A stretch of 63,282 nt of DNA, filler included, from Chthonomonadaceae bacterium (GTDB lineage Bacteria > Armatimonadota > Chthonomonadetes > Chthonomonadales > Chthonomonadaceae): assembly GCA_035650735.1 (NCBI GenBank). It is 4 parts of 4 records of this genome, joined end to end, with 100 filler letters (N's around TTAATTAATTAA, not from the genome) between each part and the next. Parts side by side here need not be neighbours in the genome. Positions count along the whole stretch, not along the records: positions 58,931 to 63,282 come from DASRGZ010000187.1; 3 more parts are not named here. One strand, given 5' to 3'. The stretch's first letter is position 1. Each line of letters begins with the position of its first letter. The notes under the pieces are model-generated. The model was not told where the DNA came from and made no database searches. It was given only the letters and a program-made list of their open reading frames with translations. Both the position numbers and the translations under genes were made by a program. Shown here piece by piece: positions 60,277-63,282 of the stretch.

Positions 60277-62106
60277 TCAGCGCTCTCCCGCGCCGGAGTA
60301 GTTGATCTGTTCGGCAGGGATAGCGTCATGGCGGGCAATCTCCATCTGCTGCCGGTAGAGGCTAGCATACAGCCCGCCGCAGCGCATCAACTCTGCATGT
60401 GTGCCCTGCTCGACGATCTCGCCGTGATCTATCACCAAAATGCGATCCGCGTTGCGGATGGTAGAGAGCCGGTGCGCAATGATAAAGGTCGTGCGGCCCT
60501 GCATAAGCCGCTCCAGGGCATTCAGCAGCAGGGCTTCCGTCCGCGCGTCCAGGGCAGAGGTCGGCTCGTCGAGAATGAGGATGGGAGCGTCCTTTAAGAA
60601 GGCGCGGGCGATGGAGAGCCGCTGCTTCTCGCCCCCGGAAAGCGTAGATCCCCGCTCGCCGATCAGGGTGGAATAGCCTTCCGGCAGCCGTTGGACAAAC
60701 TCCTCGGCACGGGCGGCGCTGGCGGCGGCCTCGATCTCCTTCTGCGTCGCGTCTGGACGGCCATAGGCGATGTTCTCCGCGACCGTGAGCCGAAACAGGA
60801 AGGGCTCCTGCAATACCAGGGCGATCTGCTGGCGCAGGGAGCGCACGCGGAGGCTGCGAATATCCATGCCGTCCACCAGGATGCGCCCCGACCAGGGATC
60901 GAAAAAGCGCACCAGCAGGTTGACCAGGGTAGACTTGCCCGCGCCGGTCGGGCCGACAATGGCGACGATCTCTCCGGGCCGCGCTTCAAAAGAGAGGTTT
61001 TTCAGCACAGGCCGTTCCGGCTCATAGCCGAAGGTGACGTTCTCGTAACGGATATGTCCTTGCAGAGCGACCTCGCGCGCATCGGGCGCATCCACGACAT
61101 CCGGCGTCGTATCCAGCACCTCCAGCACGCGGTCAGCGTTGGCGGCAGTCGTCTGGATCGTGGAGGCCATATAGGTGATGGAGTTAAGCGGGCCGTAGAG
61201 CGAGCGCAGGTAAGACAGGAAGATCAGGATGGTTCCCGTGGTGATGGTGCCTGCGAGCGCGTAGTGGCCGCCCAGCCAGATAATGCCTGCCACGCCTGAA
61301 GCAGAGACCAGGCCCACGCAAAACTTAAACGCCAAGCTCGCTACGGTGCTGCGCTGATAGGCGGCAACCGTATCGTCGGCGTAGCGGAGAAAGCGGGCGT
61401 GCTCCTGCTCCTCGCGCGTGAACGCCTGAACCGCCGGGATGGCGTTGAGCGCCTGCTGCACCAGGGAGACCATCTGGCCCTCCAGGTCGCGCCGCTGCCG
61501 GGTGCGCGCCTTCATGGGCCGACCGAAGACGCGGATTGCTAGCGCCAGGAACGGGACGACGCCCAGGGAGAGCAGAGTCATTCTCGGATGAAGCTGCCAC
61601 ATGATGGCGAACATGGTCACCAGGGAGATCAGCGACTGTATCAGAGGCAGAAGGACGCCTGTGACCAGCATCTGCACGCAATAGGTGTCCCCGGTAACGC
61701 GCGAGATCGTATCGCCGACGCGCCGTTGATTATGAAAGCGCAGCGACAGGCGCTGCAAGTGCAGAAACAGGTCCGCTCCCAGCGAAAATGTCATCCTCTG
61801 TCCGAGGCTTACCGAGGCGAGGCTATAGATCATAGAGAGAATATTGTTGGCCAGAAAGATGAGCAGCGTGCCGACACAAACCCACAGGAGCAGCCCTTCC
61901 GGGCCGTGCGGGCCAGGCAGAATATGAAGGAGGCGCTGCAAAGGAGCGGGCGACGGGCGATGATCCAGCACCTGATCCACCAGCAGCTTGGTCGGCCAGG
62001 GTTCCAGCACCTGCATACCGATGGAGAGCAGCATGGTAAGGAGCACGATAGACAGCCCGCGCCAGTGCGGCCAGGCATATTTTAGGAGACGTAACTGCTT
62101 TTTCAT
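60277..62106 (-). CDS. ABC exporter, fused permease and ATPase (MsbA/MdlB-like)
   Basis: TM domain; GPTGAGKS, LSGGEKQ, LILDE, IAHRL. Confidence 0.94.
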   Translation of the reverse strand: MKKQLRLLKYAWPHWRGLSIVLLTMLLSIGMQVLEPWPTKLLVDQVLDHRPSPAPLQRLLHILPGPHGPEGLLLWVCVGTLLIFLANNILSMIYSLASVSLGQRMTFSLGADLFLHLQRLSLRFHNQRRVGDTISRVTGDTYCVQMLVTGVLLPLIQSLISLVTMFAIMWQLHPRMTLLSLGVVPFLALAIRVFGRPMKARTRQRRDLEGQMVSLVQQALNAIPAVQAFTREEQEHARFLRYADDTVAAYQRSTVASLAFKFCVGLVSASGVAGIIWLGGHYALAGTITTGTILIFLSYLRSLYGPLNSITYMASTIQTTAANADRVLEVLDTTPDVVDAPDAREVALQGHIRYENVTFGYEPERPVLKNLSFEARPGEIVAIVGPTGAGKSTLVNLLVRFFDPWSGRILVDGMDIRSLRVRSLRQQIALVLQEPFLFRLTVAENIAYGRPDATQKEIEAAASAARAEEFVQRLPEGYSTLIGERGSTLSGGEKQRLSIARAFLKDAPILILDEPTSALDARTEALLLNALERLMQGRTTFIIAHRLSTIRNADRILVIDHGEIVEQGTHAELMRCGGLYASLYRQQMEIARHDAIPAEQINYSGAGER

Positions 62107-62128
62107 TACCCGCTACGATTCCTGCGAT

Positions 62129-63103
62129 TTAGATGAGTTCCAGCCGCTCGCCCAGGGCAAGCAACCGCTTGAATTGCCCTTGCCAGTTCCGATGGGTCGT
62201 CCATTCGGGACGGTCTCCCAACCAGCGCAGGCACCAGTAAAGCTGAGTGATGTCGAAAGTGCGCTCAAAATCCGGCGGCGTTCCTGCGGGCCAGCGCGCC
62301 TGCTGGTAGGCTTTTGAGTATTCCTCTATATCCTGTAGAGACCAGCCATGGGCCAGACTTGCCAGGTCTATCTCCCCGACGGCGAGGGCCGCCGATTCCC
62401 AGTCCACAGGATAGATCGTTCCTTCCCGATAAAGAATGTTCGCCGGATAGTACTCGCCATGAATAACGGTGAGCGGCAGCGCCGTCAGAGACGCAAGAAT
62501 CTCCTCCGCACGCCGGCAAAACGGCGACAGCCACGGAAAATCGTGATGCAAGTTGCCCGCAAACTGAGCCGTTCGCCGTGCCCAGCCGATGTAGTACTCG
62601 GCGTTGTAGACATTCAGGAAGGGCAGCGGTTCGCGCTGCAAGCGCGCGGCATTGGCGGCATGGAATTGGCCGATCCAGCGCGCGGCCAGACGCATTGCGC
62701 CCGGTTCCGGAGCTTTCACCACCCGGAGACAGTCTTCAAGATATTCCAGCACCAGCCAGATTCGGCCCGTCGTCTCCTCCTCATAAAGGCCGTAAGACCG
62801 AGGAACAGAGGCCTGCAAGGGCTGAAGCACCCGGCGATAAACTTCGGCCTCGTAGATCGGGCCGTATTTGTGCTGGTAAGCAGAATAGTCCTTACCTCTG
62901 GCATGTTTGCATAGCAGCCGCAGTGGGCGTCCATCCTCCAGGCAGCAGGTCACGATCTCGCTGGGGAAGGTACTCGTATAGATATTGGACTGCCGGCCCA
63001 GCACGCTCAGGCGCGCGTCGGGATGTCCGCTGGCGCGAAAGACAGCGAATATCCCCTCCGTCAGCGTCTGCATATCAGGAAACACAAACGATCCTGTTCC
63101 CAT
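62129..63103 (-). CDS. Aminoglycoside/choline phosphotransferase-family kinase
   Basis: LVLEY, HGEYYPANI, VDWE; GAGGAGG RBS. Confidence 0.8.
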   Translation of the reverse strand: MGTGSFVFPDMQTLTEGIFAVFRASGHPDARLSVLGRQSNIYTSTFPSEIVTCCLEDGRPLRLLCKHARGKDYSAYQHKYGPIYEAEVYRRVLQPLQASVPRSYGLYEEETTGRIWLVLEYLEDCLRVVKAPEPGAMRLAARWIGQFHAANAARLQREPLPFLNVYNAEYYIGWARRTAQFAGNLHHDFPWLSPFCRRAEEILASLTALPLTVIHGEYYPANILYREGTIYPVDWESAALAVGEIDLASLAHGWSLQDIEEYSKAYQQARWPAGTPPDFERTFDITQLYWCLRWLGDRPEWTTHRNWQGQFKRLLALGERLELI

Positions 63104-63116
63104 AAACCTCCTCTTA

Positions 63117-63272
63117 GGCCATTGCCCGCGCAGGTGTCGCCAGGCGGAGGGCTGTGGCAAGGCGGAGGCAGGGGCCCTAACCCTGCCGACGGCCAGTATT
63201 CGCAACCCTTCCACCTTGATGTTGATGTCGCAAGGCGGAGGCAGGGGCCGTAACCCTGCCGACCCTGGCAGT
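63117..63272 (+). repeat. 156-bp repeat, right arm of an inverted pair
   Basis: Contains two modules GCAAGGCGGAGGCAGGGGCC.TAACCCTGCCGAC. Confidence 0.92.
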
Positions 63273-63282
63273 CCATTGCAGG

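Overview
The window is four GC-rich bacterial contig pieces joined by artificial N-spacers containing TTAATTAATTAA (22003-22102, 52146-52245, 58831-58930). DUF1559/H-X9-DG proteins, a PEP-CTERM protein and CRTAC1/ASPIC-UnbV proteins suggest Armatimonadota (inference). Housekeeping genes: sucC, short-type aspS behind an Asp T-box, pcrA, asnS, tgt, ugd, motAB, purN, tatA. There are also secreted enzymes (GH36-like, GH76, S8 protease), a tetraheme cytochrome and a bacterial Clp1 kinase. Mobile or decaying DNA: two IS ends, an interrupted serine recombinase and three degraded genes. Most notable: (1) an unannotated candidate type I toxin-antitoxin locus at 8344-8811; (2) an uncharacterised six-gene DUF6754-type membrane operon behind a perfect sigma70 promoter; (3) modular GA-mismatch hairpin repeats that nest inside other repeats and flank a 4-kb cargo as 156-bp inverted repeats; (4) repeated duplication of translation-initiation regions; (5) heptamer repeats inserted in-frame into proteins. 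All family assignments come from motif recognition by eye, not from database searches.
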